A stretch of DNA of 64,000 bases from an uncultured bacterium (GTDB taxonomy: Bacteria; Zhuqueibacterota; QNDG01; DTFT01), in assembly GCA_963736115.1 (NCBI GenBank), contig CAVTNR010000019.1, forward strand, positions 36,461 through 100,460. Direction: 5' to 3'. The notes below the pieces were generated by a model. The model was not told the DNA's origin. It did no database searches and saw only the letters and a program-made list of their open reading frames with translations. Positions 20,890 through 29,785 of the stretch are shown piece by piece. Position 1 is the stretch's first letter. The number at the start of each line of letters is the position of its first letter. The position numbers were made by a program, and so were the translations under genes.

Positions 20890-20928
20890 GTAGGTCCGAT
20901 ATGCCGAGCGTAGCGAGGCTATCGGACA
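20890..20928 (+). repeat. GTAG-REP downstream of RAYT
   Basis: GTAG-GTCCGATATGCC-GAGCGTAGCGA-GGCTATCGGAC imperfect hairpin. Confidence 0.9.
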
Positions 20929-20932
20929 TCAA

Positions 20933-21442
20933 TTATTCCGGATTCATCCCGCGTATGCCGGGGATTTCCTTCCAACCCCATCCGAACTCGTAATGACCTT
21001 GCTTCACGAAATCAATATAACTGGAATGGGGCCATCGCTCCGGTTTGTCTGTCAATCCGTGTTTGACCGGGTTGAAATGAATGTAATCCAGATGTCTGTT
21101 TATGTCTTCATGATTTCGGATCACATGGTCGTAGAAACGATGTTGGGCGAGAGTCACGGGAGTCCTGATCTGATGATGACTCTTGAAATTGCATGTAAAA
21201 TTTCGGCGAAGAGATTGAATGATAACGGAGAGTGCGGATTGTTCCGGTTCCAAAAGAAAGTGAAAATGATCAGGCAGAATGACATAGGCATATAACCGGT
21301 GGGGATAATGTTTGCGGACTCTGGAGAGGGTGTCCATCAGGATGCCCGAATTGACCGGATCGGAGAAGATGGGTTGTCGATCATGGTTGACGCACGTTAT
21401 GAAATACACCGCTCCGATTATATGGTAACGGCGAATATCCAT
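20933..21442 (-). mobile_element. REP-associated tyrosine transposase (RAYT / TnpA-REP, Y1 HUH)
   Basis: YFIT, VILPDHFH (HUH), RFYDHVIRN, YIHFNPVKHGL and WPHSSY motifs. More AT-rich than its flanks and flanked by inverted REPs. Confidence 0.92.
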
Positions 21443-21454
21443 GTGTCTTTCTAT

Positions 21455-21630
21455 TGTCCGAAAGCCTCGCCCCTGCGGGGCTCGGCATTTCGGACCTAGA
21501 AATTATTTAATGATAAACGTTCTTTTTGTAGGTCCGATATGCCCGGCATGTCTTTTCATGCCGGGCTATCGGACGTTTATTTCGGGGATTTGTCCGAAAG
21601 CCTCGCTTCGCTCGGCATTTCGGACCTACA
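21455..21630. repeat. Three REP copies upstream of RAYT (21455-21499; inverted pair 21528-21574 and 21591-21630, REPIN-like)
   Basis: Same stem GTCCGA(A/T)ATGCC...GGCT(A/T)TCGGAC with variable loops. Confidence 0.9.
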
Positions 21631-22633
21631 TTTCATAGGACGGGGACGTCGGTTCGTCCGTGACCCTCTCCGGATACCACTCCCGCATCGCCTTCTTGGC
21701 CTTGCGGTCCTCGGAAAAAAGGCCCCAGTGCCCCTCGGTGCCAGTGCCCTTCCATGGCTCGTCGAATGCCTCGAAATAGAAAACATGGACTCCGTTCGCC
21801 TTCGCCCATTCGTTGAGTTCGCGGAAGTACCGCTCCTGCTTGTCCTCGTCCCCGGCTTTCGGCGCGTGCGCCGGCCCCACCGTGTAGGTCGCCCAGCCCG
21901 CCTCGCCGATGACGAGCGTTATTCCCGGGAGCGCTTTTTGGACGCTTTTCACGTGGCGCACGGTGTGGGTCAGGGCGCTGTCGATGTCCGATCCGCCCCA
22001 CATCGGGTAGGTGTGCACGGCCACGAAATCCACATGCTGCGCCAGCGACGCTCCGTCCGGCTCACGCCAGAACGTGAAATCGTCGTCCACGGTCACGGGA
22101 ACGGAAACCGAATCGCGGACGCGATCCACGGCCCGGATCGCGTCCGTTAGCGTCATCCGGTGGTCCGACCAGGAAACCAGGATTTCATTGCCCACGCTGA
22201 CCGCGGCGACGACATCCGGGTATTGATTGGCGAGCCGGATGCAGTTTTGGATCTGCTCCTCATTTTCTATTTCCTTGCCTGCGGACCCGCTCAGCCAGGC
22301 GCCGAGCATGACCCGGATCGGGATTTTATTTGTCCGTATCACCTGCAGGACATCCTCACTGTGGCGGTCCGAACCATAGGTCCGGATCATCCGCCAGTGA
22401 CGCTCAAGAATGCGCATGTCCTCCAATATTTCCGCCTGAGACGGATATGTCTGCGTCTGCGGGCTCTGGCCGGCGCGGTATCCTGAATAGCAGATCATGT
22501 GGCCGGCCCATTTCTGGGCGGTGAGGTCGATGTTCCGGGGACGCGGTCCGCAGCCCGCACCGACGAGGCCGAGCAGTAGCAAGCCGACCGCGGCGTAGGC
22601 CCGGCTGTGGAAGGATGTCCGTTCTTGGGTCAT
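21626..22633 (-). CDS. GH17 family beta-1,3-glucanase, probable lipoprotein
   Basis: Lipobox GAGC, ICYSGYR.GQSP, IRTYG, VSVGNE (acid/base), IGEAGWAT (nucleophile), FEAFDEPWK and EGHWGLF. Confidence 0.9.
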   Translation of the reverse strand: MTQERTSFHSRAYAAVGLLLLGLVGAGCGPRPRNIDLTAQKWAGHMICYSGYRAGQSPQTQTYPSQAEILEDMRILERHWRMIRTYGSDRHSEDVLQVIRTNKIPIRVMLGAWLSGSAGKEIENEEQIQNCIRLANQYPDVVAAVSVGNEILVSWSDHRMTLTDAIRAVDRVRDSVSVPVTVDDDFTFWREPDGASLAQHVDFVAVHTYPMWGGSDIDSALTHTVRHVKSVQKALPGITLVIGEAGWATYTVGPAHAPKAGDEDKQERYFRELNEWAKANGVHVFYFEAFDEPWKGTGTEGHWGLFSEDRKAKKAMREWYPERVTDEPTSPSYEM

Positions 22634-22659
22634 GACCCGCTCCTATTCTCGTGTCCGTT

Positions 22660-22707
22660 TGTCCGAAAGCCTCGCCCCGTTCCGGGGCTCGGCATTTCGG
22701 ACCTGCA
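22660..22707 (-). repeat. REP of the RAYT-associated family between the transporter and GH17
   Basis: TGTCCGAAAGCCTCGCCCC..GGGGCTCGGCATTTCGGACCTGC. Confidence 0.9.
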
Positions 22708-22712
22708 ACCGG

Positions 22713-24062
22713 TTAAGACGCGCGCCGTTTGGCGAGATCCGCCTCGATCCGCTTCATGAACGGCTCGTCCAGCGTGTAGAAGCAGGCCGCGGCCGCGGCC
22801 AGGGCGCTGCCCACAGCCGGGATCACGCTGATGAGGAGCCGGATGCCGTTCTGCGTCGCCTCGGTCTGGACCACGTTCGCCTTGAACCCGAAATACGCGA
22901 GCAGCCAGCCCGCCAGCGCGCCGCCGATCGTGTATCCCATTTTCTGCGCGAAACTGGCCGCGGAAAACACCAGGCCGGTGGCCCGGCGGTTCCACTTCCA
23001 TTCCGAGTAGTCCGCGGTGTCCGCGTACATGGCCCAGATCAGGGGAGCGGTCGGGGCCAGGAAGAACGAGATCGCGATGTGCAGGCCGAACACGGCGACG
23101 ATGTTCTCCCGGGGGACGAAGTAGAACAGCGTCGTCAGCACGGTCGTGACTCCCATCAGCGCGATGTAGAGGTTCCGTTTGCCGAACCGGGAGGCGAAGA
23201 AATTGGTGAGCATGATGCCGACGATCACGGCCGCGGTGCCGGCCATCATGAACGCCGAGGTCAGGGACTCCCGGCCCACGTAGTACTTGAAGTAATAGAT
23301 GACGGCCCCGCTGCGGATGCAGTTGTACGTCAGCGCGAAAATGCCGATGAGGAACATGACGAGCCAGGGCCCGTTGTGCGACAGGTCGCGGAGGTCGTTT
23401 CGAAGGGGCGTCTTTTGCGCCTGCGGCGGCCGGACGCGTTCCTTCGTCAGGCGGAAGGTCAGGTAGAACAGGGCGACGGCCGCGACGGAGTAGATCATGA
23501 GCGTGCGCTGGAACCCGGCCGCCTGGCTTTCGCCGCCCAGGGCTTTGACCAGGGGGAGGGTCGCGCCCTGCACGACGAAGGTCGCGGCCATGGCCAGCAC
23601 GAAACGGTAGGAGGACAGGCTGGTTCTTTCCATCGAATCCGGGGTCATCACGCCCATCAGCGCGGAATAGGGAATATTGACCACTGTGTAGGCCATGATC
23701 ATCAGGGAGTACGTGATATAGGCATACACGAGCTTGCCGGTCATTCCGAAACCCGGCGTGGTGAACGTGAGCACGCCGATGATCCCGATGGGAAGCGCGC
23801 CCCAGATCAGCCAGGGCCGGAACTTTCCCCATCGGCTCTCCGTCCGGTCCGCGATCAGGCCCATGAGCGGATCGTTGGCCGTGTCCCATATGCGGACGAC
23901 GAGGAACATGGTGCCGGCCGCGGCCGCGGAAATGCCGAACACGTCCGTGTAGAAGAAGAGGAGGAAATTCATGAACATCTGCCAGTAGAAATTGGAGGCG
24001 GCGTCTCCCAGGCCGTACCCGATTTTTTCCTTGACTGAGAGCCGGTTGGAGCGGGTTTCCAT
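22713..24062 (-). CDS. GPH family (MelB/XynT-like) sugar:cation symporter
   Basis: KEKIGYGLGDAASN, DPLMG.IADRT.SRWGKFRPW and NIPYSAL motifs; about 12 TM helices. Confidence 0.93.
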   Translation of the reverse strand: METRSNRLSVKEKIGYGLGDAASNFYWQMFMNFLLFFYTDVFGISAAAAGTMFLVVRIWDTANDPLMGLIADRTESRWGKFRPWLIWGALPIGIIGVLTFTTPGFGMTGKLVYAYITYSLMIMAYTVVNIPYSALMGVMTPDSMERTSLSSYRFVLAMAATFVVQGATLPLVKALGGESQAAGFQRTLMIYSVAAVALFYLTFRLTKERVRPPQAQKTPLRNDLRDLSHNGPWLVMFLIGIFALTYNCIRSGAVIYYFKYYVGRESLTSAFMMAGTAAVIVGIMLTNFFASRFGKRNLYIALMGVTTVLTTLFYFVPRENIVAVFGLHIAISFFLAPTAPLIWAMYADTADYSEWKWNRRATGLVFSAASFAQKMGYTIGGALAGWLLAYFGFKANVVQTEATQNGIRLLISVIPAVGSALAAAAACFYTLDEPFMKRIEADLAKRRAS

Positions 24063-24219
24063 GAGGACCTCCAGAGTCGGAGATGAGCGGAAAGGGCGGG
24101 CGGAAGTCCGCCCCGGGGTCGTCCTTCTGCCTCCGGAAAATGGCCCGGAGGCGGCCGGACGCTTCGGATTAAAGTAGAGATTTTTAAACGGATTGTCAAG
24201 GGAGAGGTTGGCCGGAGTG

Positions 24220-24249
24220 TCCGACCCCGGGGTTCACCCAGGGGTCGGA
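24220..24249. repeat. GACCCCGGGGTC palindromic repeat family, copy 1
   Basis: TCCGACCCCGGGGTTCACCCAGGGGTCGGA. Confidence 0.75.
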
Positions 24250-24356
24250 ATGTAAGACAACAGTTCTGACAATATAATACTTGATTTTTTCCCGTATCCC
24301 GGTTATACTGAAATAACCATCCGTTCTGCACATTGAACTACTGGAGGAAGCCGGTC

Positions 24357-25565
24357 ATGAGCGATTCATCGCAGAACCGCAGGGATTTTCTGAAAACCGG
24401 ACTGGCCGGCGCGGCCGGGTTTGCGCTTCTGGGGCGCCGCGATCTGTCCGCCGGGGCGTTGAAAACGGGAGACCGGAAACCGGCCGTCCGGACGCTGGGT
24501 CGGACCGGTATCCGTCTGCCGGTTGTGAGCATGGGCGCAGGGGACACCCAGGACCCGGCCTTGGTGACGGCCGCCCTGAACGCGGGCATCGTTCTGATCG
24601 CCACATCCGCGTACTACTACAACGGCCAGAACGAAAAGATGATCGGCCAAATCATGAAGGGCCGGAAACGCGATTCCGCGGTGATCATGACCAGCGCCAT
24701 GGCCGACGGTTTCGACCACAAGGCCGGTAACTGGACCGCGTCGACCAAGGCCGAACCCTTTGTGCAAAAGTTCGAGGGCTGCCTGAAGCGGCTTGAAATG
24801 GAAACCGTGGACATCTTCCTGCTGCCTTTCGTGGCACGGCGGGAATCCGTATTTTTCGAACCGCTGCTGAAAGCGATGGAGAAGATCAAACGGGAAGGGA
24901 AGGCCCGTTTCATCGGCGTGGCCACGCACCAGTTCGAAGATGAGGCGATTCGCGCGGCTGCTGAAACCGGAATTTACGACGTGGTCATGACGGCGCTTAA
25001 TTTCCGGAAGGACAACCGTCTGGAGATTCTGGCGGCAGCGGAGGCGGCTTCGAAAGCCGGCATGGGCGTCATTGCCATGAAGACCATGGCCGGCGCATTC
25101 TGGGATAAGGAAAAGACCAGGCCGATCAACGCGGGGGCCGCGCTGAAATGGGCGGTCCAGAACCCCAGCGTAACCACGGCCGTTCCGGGAATGACCACCT
25201 ATGAACAGCTCACCGCGGACGTTGCCGTGATGCGCGATCCGTCCCTGACGGCCGGGGAGAAGGCGGAACTCCAGCTCACGCACGGCGCTCCGGCGGACGG
25301 ACCCTTCTGCCAGCAATGCGGGAAATGCGTCGGCCAGTGTCGTGACGGGCTCGATATTCCCACGATGATGCGGAGTTACATGTATGCGTACGGGTACGGC
25401 AATCTGGACCATGCCCGTCAGACGCTTCGCCTGGCTGAAAGACCTGAGAAAATCTGCGGGGAATGCAAGACGTGCGCCGTCCGATGCCCCATGCAAGCGG
25501 ACGTGCGGGGCAAGATCAGGGACATCGTGCGGCTGGAGAGCCAGGATTTGAATCGGATGGCATAG
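24357..25565 (+). CDS. Tat-signal aldo/keto reductase with C-terminal 4Fe-4S domain
   Basis: NRRDFLK Tat motif, RTLGRTG, GKARFIGVATH, GVIAMKT, and CQQCGKCVGQC / CGECKTCAVRCP. Confidence 0.9.
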   Translation: MSDSSQNRRDFLKTGLAGAAGFALLGRRDLSAGALKTGDRKPAVRTLGRTGIRLPVVSMGAGDTQDPALVTAALNAGIVLIATSAYYYNGQNEKMIGQIMKGRKRDSAVIMTSAMADGFDHKAGNWTASTKAEPFVQKFEGCLKRLEMETVDIFLLPFVARRESVFFEPLLKAMEKIKREGKARFIGVATHQFEDEAIRAAAETGIYDVVMTALNFRKDNRLEILAAAEAASKAGMGVIAMKTMAGAFWDKEKTRPINAGAALKWAVQNPSVTTAVPGMTTYEQLTADVAVMRDPSLTAGEKAELQLTHGAPADGPFCQQCGKCVGQCRDGLDIPTMMRSYMYAYGYGNLDHARQTLRLAERPEKICGECKTCAVRCPMQADVRGKIRDIVRLESQDLNRMA

Positions 25566-25665
25566 AAGAAAAAAACCTCCCGCGGGCTCCTGAAGTCCGC
25601 GGGAGGATGAAAATTTTGTCATCCCCGCGTTCTTCAGGCGGGGATCTTGATACGGTTGCACTCAG

Positions 25666-25690
25666 GACCCCGGGGTCAACCCCGGGGTCG
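25666..25690. repeat. GACCCCGGGGTC palindromic repeat family, copy 2 (doublet)
   Basis: GACCCCGGGGTC-AACCCCGGGGTC. Confidence 0.8.
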
Positions 25691-25707
25691 CCGGCTACGG
25701 AATCCGG

Positions 25708-28700
25708 TCACCGGTTCACCGCCCACAGGAGTTCCACCTTCCACGAGCCATCCGCCTGTCTTTCCCGCATCGCCTTGCGGGGGTAACCCGTGGCCGTGTA
25801 TCCGTTCATGGTGAAATTCAGGCTGTAGCTCCACCAGAAGGGCACGGGGATATCCAGATGATCGCCGGTATAATGGGCGCACGCCCACTGGCGGCCGTGC
25901 CTCCATTCGATCCGGTACGGATCTTCCACCTTCACTTCGTTTTTAATCTGCACGCCCACGTCCCAGACCAGGTCCTCGGCGGGCGTAATCTCCGGACTGT
26001 AGTGGTACTGGATGAACACGTCGCCGAGCGTTTCGATTCCCCTCTTTCGGAGGTAGGATTCGAGCCTGCGGATCGCCTCGTCCTCTCCTTTCCAGTCCCC
26101 CTTGCAGGGGAGGATCAGTTCAAGACATTCCTTATCGGAACGGAAGAACACCTCGACTGGCGGGTACGGATCTTTCATGCGCTCCACGGGCAGTTCCGCC
26201 ACGAGGCGTTCCGGTTCGCGGTTCATTTCCGGAATACCGCCGGTCCAGATCAGAACCTGCGGATGCAGGATGCGGTACTGGTTGTGGTAGGCCCATGCCG
26301 CCATTTGCATTGAGAACGTCTTCTGATCGAACCCTTTCCGGTACTGGATGCGGACCACGTTCCGGACGGGAACCCGTTCGCACTTGAACGGCGGCTTTAC
26401 GGCTGCGCTGTCCGCGACGGGAAAGCCCGCTTCCCACTGCAGCTCAGTCTGGTTCACCGTCTCAACGCTGTAATACTGCCGGGTAAACGGCGTTCCGGCC
26501 GGCTGGATGCCGAGAGCCTTCAGGGTATTCAACAGCTTCTCGAACACCACCGGATGCTGGGCCAGGGATCCGCTGACCGGGAGGAGGACCGCCCAGTAGG
26601 GATTCGTCGATTCGACCCGGAAGAGAGGTTTTGAGTCGTCCGTGGCCGAAAAGCCGGAGAAAAATCCGGAAAGCCTTTCCTTCCAGCCGGGCGCGGAATC
26701 GGTAGCCTCCGCATTCCCCGTGCTGGAAACAAACGAGCCGGCCACGTCGGAATTGACGATCAGCGCCTCCGTGAATCCGCATTGCACCGCTTGCTTTTTC
26801 AGAAGTTCGGCCTCCGCAAGGGTCCGGCAGTCCCCGATACGGATCATGCGGTTCGGCGGTTCGAATATCAGGTAAACCGGCGTTTTCAATTTCGACATCG
26901 CATCGTCCCATGTCTTCCGTGCGATTTTTTCTTCGGTCGTGGAGACGAGCTGGACGCGGTATCCCCGGAGCGCCGTGGTGCGGTTGTCAGGACCGGTGGA
27001 CTCTTCAGAGAATCGGTTTCTGCCGGACGGTGTCCCGGAAGAATAGTCGGCCGGAAATCGTCTGCCCCGCGCGGCCACTGCTTCTCCGTACGCCTGCATG
27101 CCTTCGGCGAATTCCCCGACTGAAACCACAGGCATGAACCATTCGGTTTTGCGTATCCGGCCTGCGTTCCGGCGAGGGCCGTCCTCCCAGGCCTGGCCGA
27201 CCGGACCGGCGATCAGAAAACCGCTCATTAACGTCCGGGTGATAAAGGCCGCGGCCGGGAATTCCTGATCCGGCGGATACTTGAAATCCACGGCAGCGAT
27301 GGTGTCCTTCTCGAAATACCGGAGGACAAACGGCGGATCCACTCGGAGATCCGTTCCCGGTGGATTCAGTTCGCATGCGATTTCCCACTGCAGTTGGTCG
27401 GGAGTCACCTCGGACGGATTGCTGTAAAAGAGCCGGAACCACCGGTTCGTCGCCGGAAGTCCCTTCTCGCGGATGATCCGCTTCATCCGTGACCGCGCGT
27501 CGTCCAACCGGGAAAGCGGACCGGTCACCGGTAGAGTCAGGGCCAGGACGGCCTCGGTTTCCCGGAATTGAACGTCCAGTCCCGGGTAACCTTCACCCGG
27601 CCTGAATGCCTGAATCCGCATCTCAGTGTTCTGCCAGAAAGGTTTCGACCCGTCCCAGTTACGAAACACTTCCACTGCGGGCGGGAAGGCGGGAACCAGG
27701 CCCTCGGCCTGAACTGCTTCCACGAAGGCTTTCCAGGTTCCAACCGTGGTCAGCATCCCCTGAACATCCGTCACGGCCTCCCGGAGTTCTGGGATGCGGG
27801 CGATTTCGAGCGGCGGTTTCGCTTCGGCGTCCGGGGATACCGGGACTCCCACTTCCCATATGCTCCGCTCGTCCGGCACTTGCTGGCCGTCCGTCCATAC
27901 GCGGAAGAAGAAGTCCCCGCGGGGCTTGAGGCCCTGCTTCTGCATGCGTTCCTTCAATTCCGTCAGAGCCCCTTCGAGCTGGGCATTGATGCGTCCGAAG
28001 CGGGTCAGCAGGACCACCGTCCGCGGCTCCGTGGTCTCCAGCCGAATGCGGAAGTCCGCGGGTTCGGCCTGGCCGCCTTCCGTGACGTTCAGAACGACGG
28101 GCCCCTCGGTGCTGAATTGAATGGTTCGGACCGGATCGTCCGGCAGGAGGGACACGGAGCGGGGCGACATGGGCAGGAACGCGGCCGCGACGAAGAGACT
28201 CGCGCCGGCGGACGCCGCTGGAATCCACCGGCGCCGCTTCCAGACATCCTTCTCCAGCCATTTCAGCCGCGACACCAGCCGGAACGGCTCCTCGAACACG
28301 CCGAGCAGGCCGAGTCCGGGTTCGACGTTCTCGGTCAGGAGGTCCTTGGCGGTATTCAGCAGGGTGTCGCGGTATCCGCGGGTTTTTTCGCGCAGGACGC
28401 CGGCCACGCTGAGGTCGCAGCAGATTTCACGAACGTGCTTCATCTGGCGGCGCGCCCAGATCAGCAGGGGATTGAACCAGTAGACCACATGGAGCACCAG
28501 GTACAGGCCGTGCATCCACAGGTCGCCCCGCTTGAGATGGCTGAGCTCGTGCAGGAGCACATGACGGGCCTCGTCACGCGACAGATTTTTCAGATAGCCC
28601 GATGGGAGCAGCAGCACGGGCCTGAACATACCGTACACGGCGGGTGTGGCCGCGTCCGGAGCGAATACGATGGCCGGGACGCGGCCCAGCCGCAGGGTTT

Positions 28701-29247
28701 TTGCGGTTTCGACCAGCATCCGGTAAAACCAGTCCGGAACACGGTCGTCGCGGTGCAGGCGGTGCCAGCGTCTCAGGCGCGCCATTTTCAGAATCAGCAG
28801 GAAGGCGAACATGGCCATACCGCCGATCCAGACGAGAAAAACCATGGTTTTCGCGGTCAGGCCCGCGGCCGCGCTGTCCCCGGCCGGGACCGATGACGTT
28901 CCGAACACGCCGGAGAGCGGCATCCGGTCCGGGCGTCGTGCGGTTTCCGGTTCCAGCCGTACGGATGAAGCGGCAGGTACGAGCTTTTCAACCGCGGTTC
29001 CGGTCACCGCGGACCGGAGCTCCGGTTCGACGCGGGAGAATACGCTGAATGGAGAGGCCAGGGTCGGGGGCAGGAGCAGTTTCAGGAGCACCAGCAGCCA
29101 CACCGCGTACCGCACCTGCGGCCACACCCAGCGCCGGCCGGCCCAGTCCAGAACTCCGATCAGAACAATGAGCAGGCTGACCTGCCAGAACATCGGCGCC
29201 ATCCAGGCCCACCAGATTCCGGCCCAGTTATTGAGTGTCGCGGCCAT
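25708..29247 (-). CDS. BlaR1/MecR1-type M56 metallopeptidase fused to four GyrI-like domains and a SPOR domain
   Basis: N-terminal TMs, TPAVYG..RP.LLLP, HELSH.KRGD, WFNPL and REICCD. Four ~150-aa repeats each contain W(E/D)(V/I/A)G/A, with a GYRVQL..IRIG SPOR-like segment between repeats 2 and 3. Confidence 0.85.
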   Translation of the reverse strand: MAATLNNWAGIWWAWMAPMFWQVSLLIVLIGVLDWAGRRWVWPQVRYAVWLLVLLKLLLPPTLASPFSVFSRVEPELRSAVTGTAVEKLVPAASSVRLEPETARRPDRMPLSGVFGTSSVPAGDSAAAGLTAKTMVFLVWIGGMAMFAFLLILKMARLRRWHRLHRDDRVPDWFYRMLVETAKTLRLGRVPAIVFAPDAATPAVYGMFRPVLLLPSGYLKNLSRDEARHVLLHELSHLKRGDLWMHGLYLVLHVVYWFNPLLIWARRQMKHVREICCDLSVAGVLREKTRGYRDTLLNTAKDLLTENVEPGLGLLGVFEEPFRLVSRLKWLEKDVWKRRRWIPAASAGASLFVAAAFLPMSPRSVSLLPDDPVRTIQFSTEGPVVLNVTEGGQAEPADFRIRLETTEPRTVVLLTRFGRINAQLEGALTELKERMQKQGLKPRGDFFFRVWTDGQQVPDERSIWEVGVPVSPDAEAKPPLEIARIPELREAVTDVQGMLTTVGTWKAFVEAVQAEGLVPAFPPAVEVFRNWDGSKPFWQNTEMRIQAFRPGEGYPGLDVQFRETEAVLALTLPVTGPLSRLDDARSRMKRIIREKGLPATNRWFRLFYSNPSEVTPDQLQWEIACELNPPGTDLRVDPPFVLRYFEKDTIAAVDFKYPPDQEFPAAAFITRTLMSGFLIAGPVGQAWEDGPRRNAGRIRKTEWFMPVVSVGEFAEGMQAYGEAVAARGRRFPADYSSGTPSGRNRFSEESTGPDNRTTALRGYRVQLVSTTEEKIARKTWDDAMSKLKTPVYLIFEPPNRMIRIGDCRTLAEAELLKKQAVQCGFTEALIVNSDVAGSFVSSTGNAEATDSAPGWKERLSGFFSGFSATDDSKPLFRVESTNPYWAVLLPVSGSLAQHPVVFEKLLNTLKALGIQPAGTPFTRQYYSVETVNQTELQWEAGFPVADSAAVKPPFKCERVPVRNVVRIQYRKGFDQKTFSMQMAAWAYHNQYRILHPQVLIWTGGIPEMNREPERLVAELPVERMKDPYPPVEVFFRSDKECLELILPCKGDWKGEDEAIRRLESYLRKRGIETLGDVFIQYHYSPEITPAEDLVWDVGVQIKNEVKVEDPYRIEWRHGRQWACAHYTGDHLDIPVPFWWSYSLNFTMNGYTATGYPRKAMRERQADGSWKVELLWAVNR

Positions 29248-29620
29248 CCGATTCTCCTTTCTTGTCCGCGTCGCGGAGCATGCGGATCAATTCTTTGCGC
29301 TCCCGGTCGGACAGCCTGCGGTCTTCGATGAGAAAACTCATCAGCGGCGCCACGGCCCCGTCCAGCATGCGGTCGACGACGTTCTGAAGCGCGCTTCTGC
29401 GCGTGATCTGCTGATCCACCAGTGGCGTGTAGAAGCTGGTGTTCCCGCGCTTGGTTTCTGCCACGGCTTTCTTCACGGCCAGGCGGGTCAGCATGGTCTT
29501 GACCGTGGTGTACGCCCAGCGGACGTTCCCGTCCAGGGAATCGATGATCTCCCTGGCCGTGGCCGGATTCTTCTTCCACAGGGCGTTCATGATCTGCCAT
29601 TCGGCTTCGGACAGTTTCAT
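29228..29620 (-). CDS. BlaI/MecI/CopY family repressor
   Basis: LSEAEWQIMNALW and WAYTTVKTMLTRL..K motifs; overlaps the M56 gene start. Confidence 0.95.
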   Translation of the reverse strand: MKLSEAEWQIMNALWKKNPATAREIIDSLDGNVRWAYTTVKTMLTRLAVKKAVAETKRGNTSFYTPLVDQQITRRSALQNVVDRMLDGAVAPLMSFLIEDRRLSDRERKELIRMLRDADKKGESDGRDTQ

Positions 29621-29639
29621 AGGGGCTCTCCTTGTTTTC

Positions 29640-29700
29640 TACAACCGTAAAAAATATACTACATCCGTAGAAGATTGTCAAGCGATATTTTACATTTGTA
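29640..29700. promoter_or_regulatory. Three BlaI-type operators overlapping the blaI sigma70 promoter
   Basis: TACAACCGTA (29640), TACATCCGTA (29660) and TACATTTGTA (29691) fit TACA-NN-TGTA. Minus-strand TTGACA (29681-29676)-N17-TATATT. Confidence 0.8.
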
Positions 29701-29713
29701 GAAGATCGCCCCG

Positions 29714-29767
29714 GACCCCGGGGCCGCAGGTCGCACAAGCAACCCCGGGGTTGACCCCGGGGTCGGA
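29714..29767. repeat. GACCCCGGGGTC palindromic repeat family, copy 3 (triplet)
   Basis: GACCCCGGGGCC..AACCCCGGGGTT-GACCCCGGGGTC. Confidence 0.8.
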
Positions 29768-29785
29768 ATTCCGTATTTTATCCGC

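Noticed and set aside
20890-22707. REP cluster as a CRISPR array or IS200/IS605 ends
   Set aside because: Copies alternate in orientation at irregular spacing, carry GTAG feet, and flank a protein with RAYT-type motifs; there is no tnpB.
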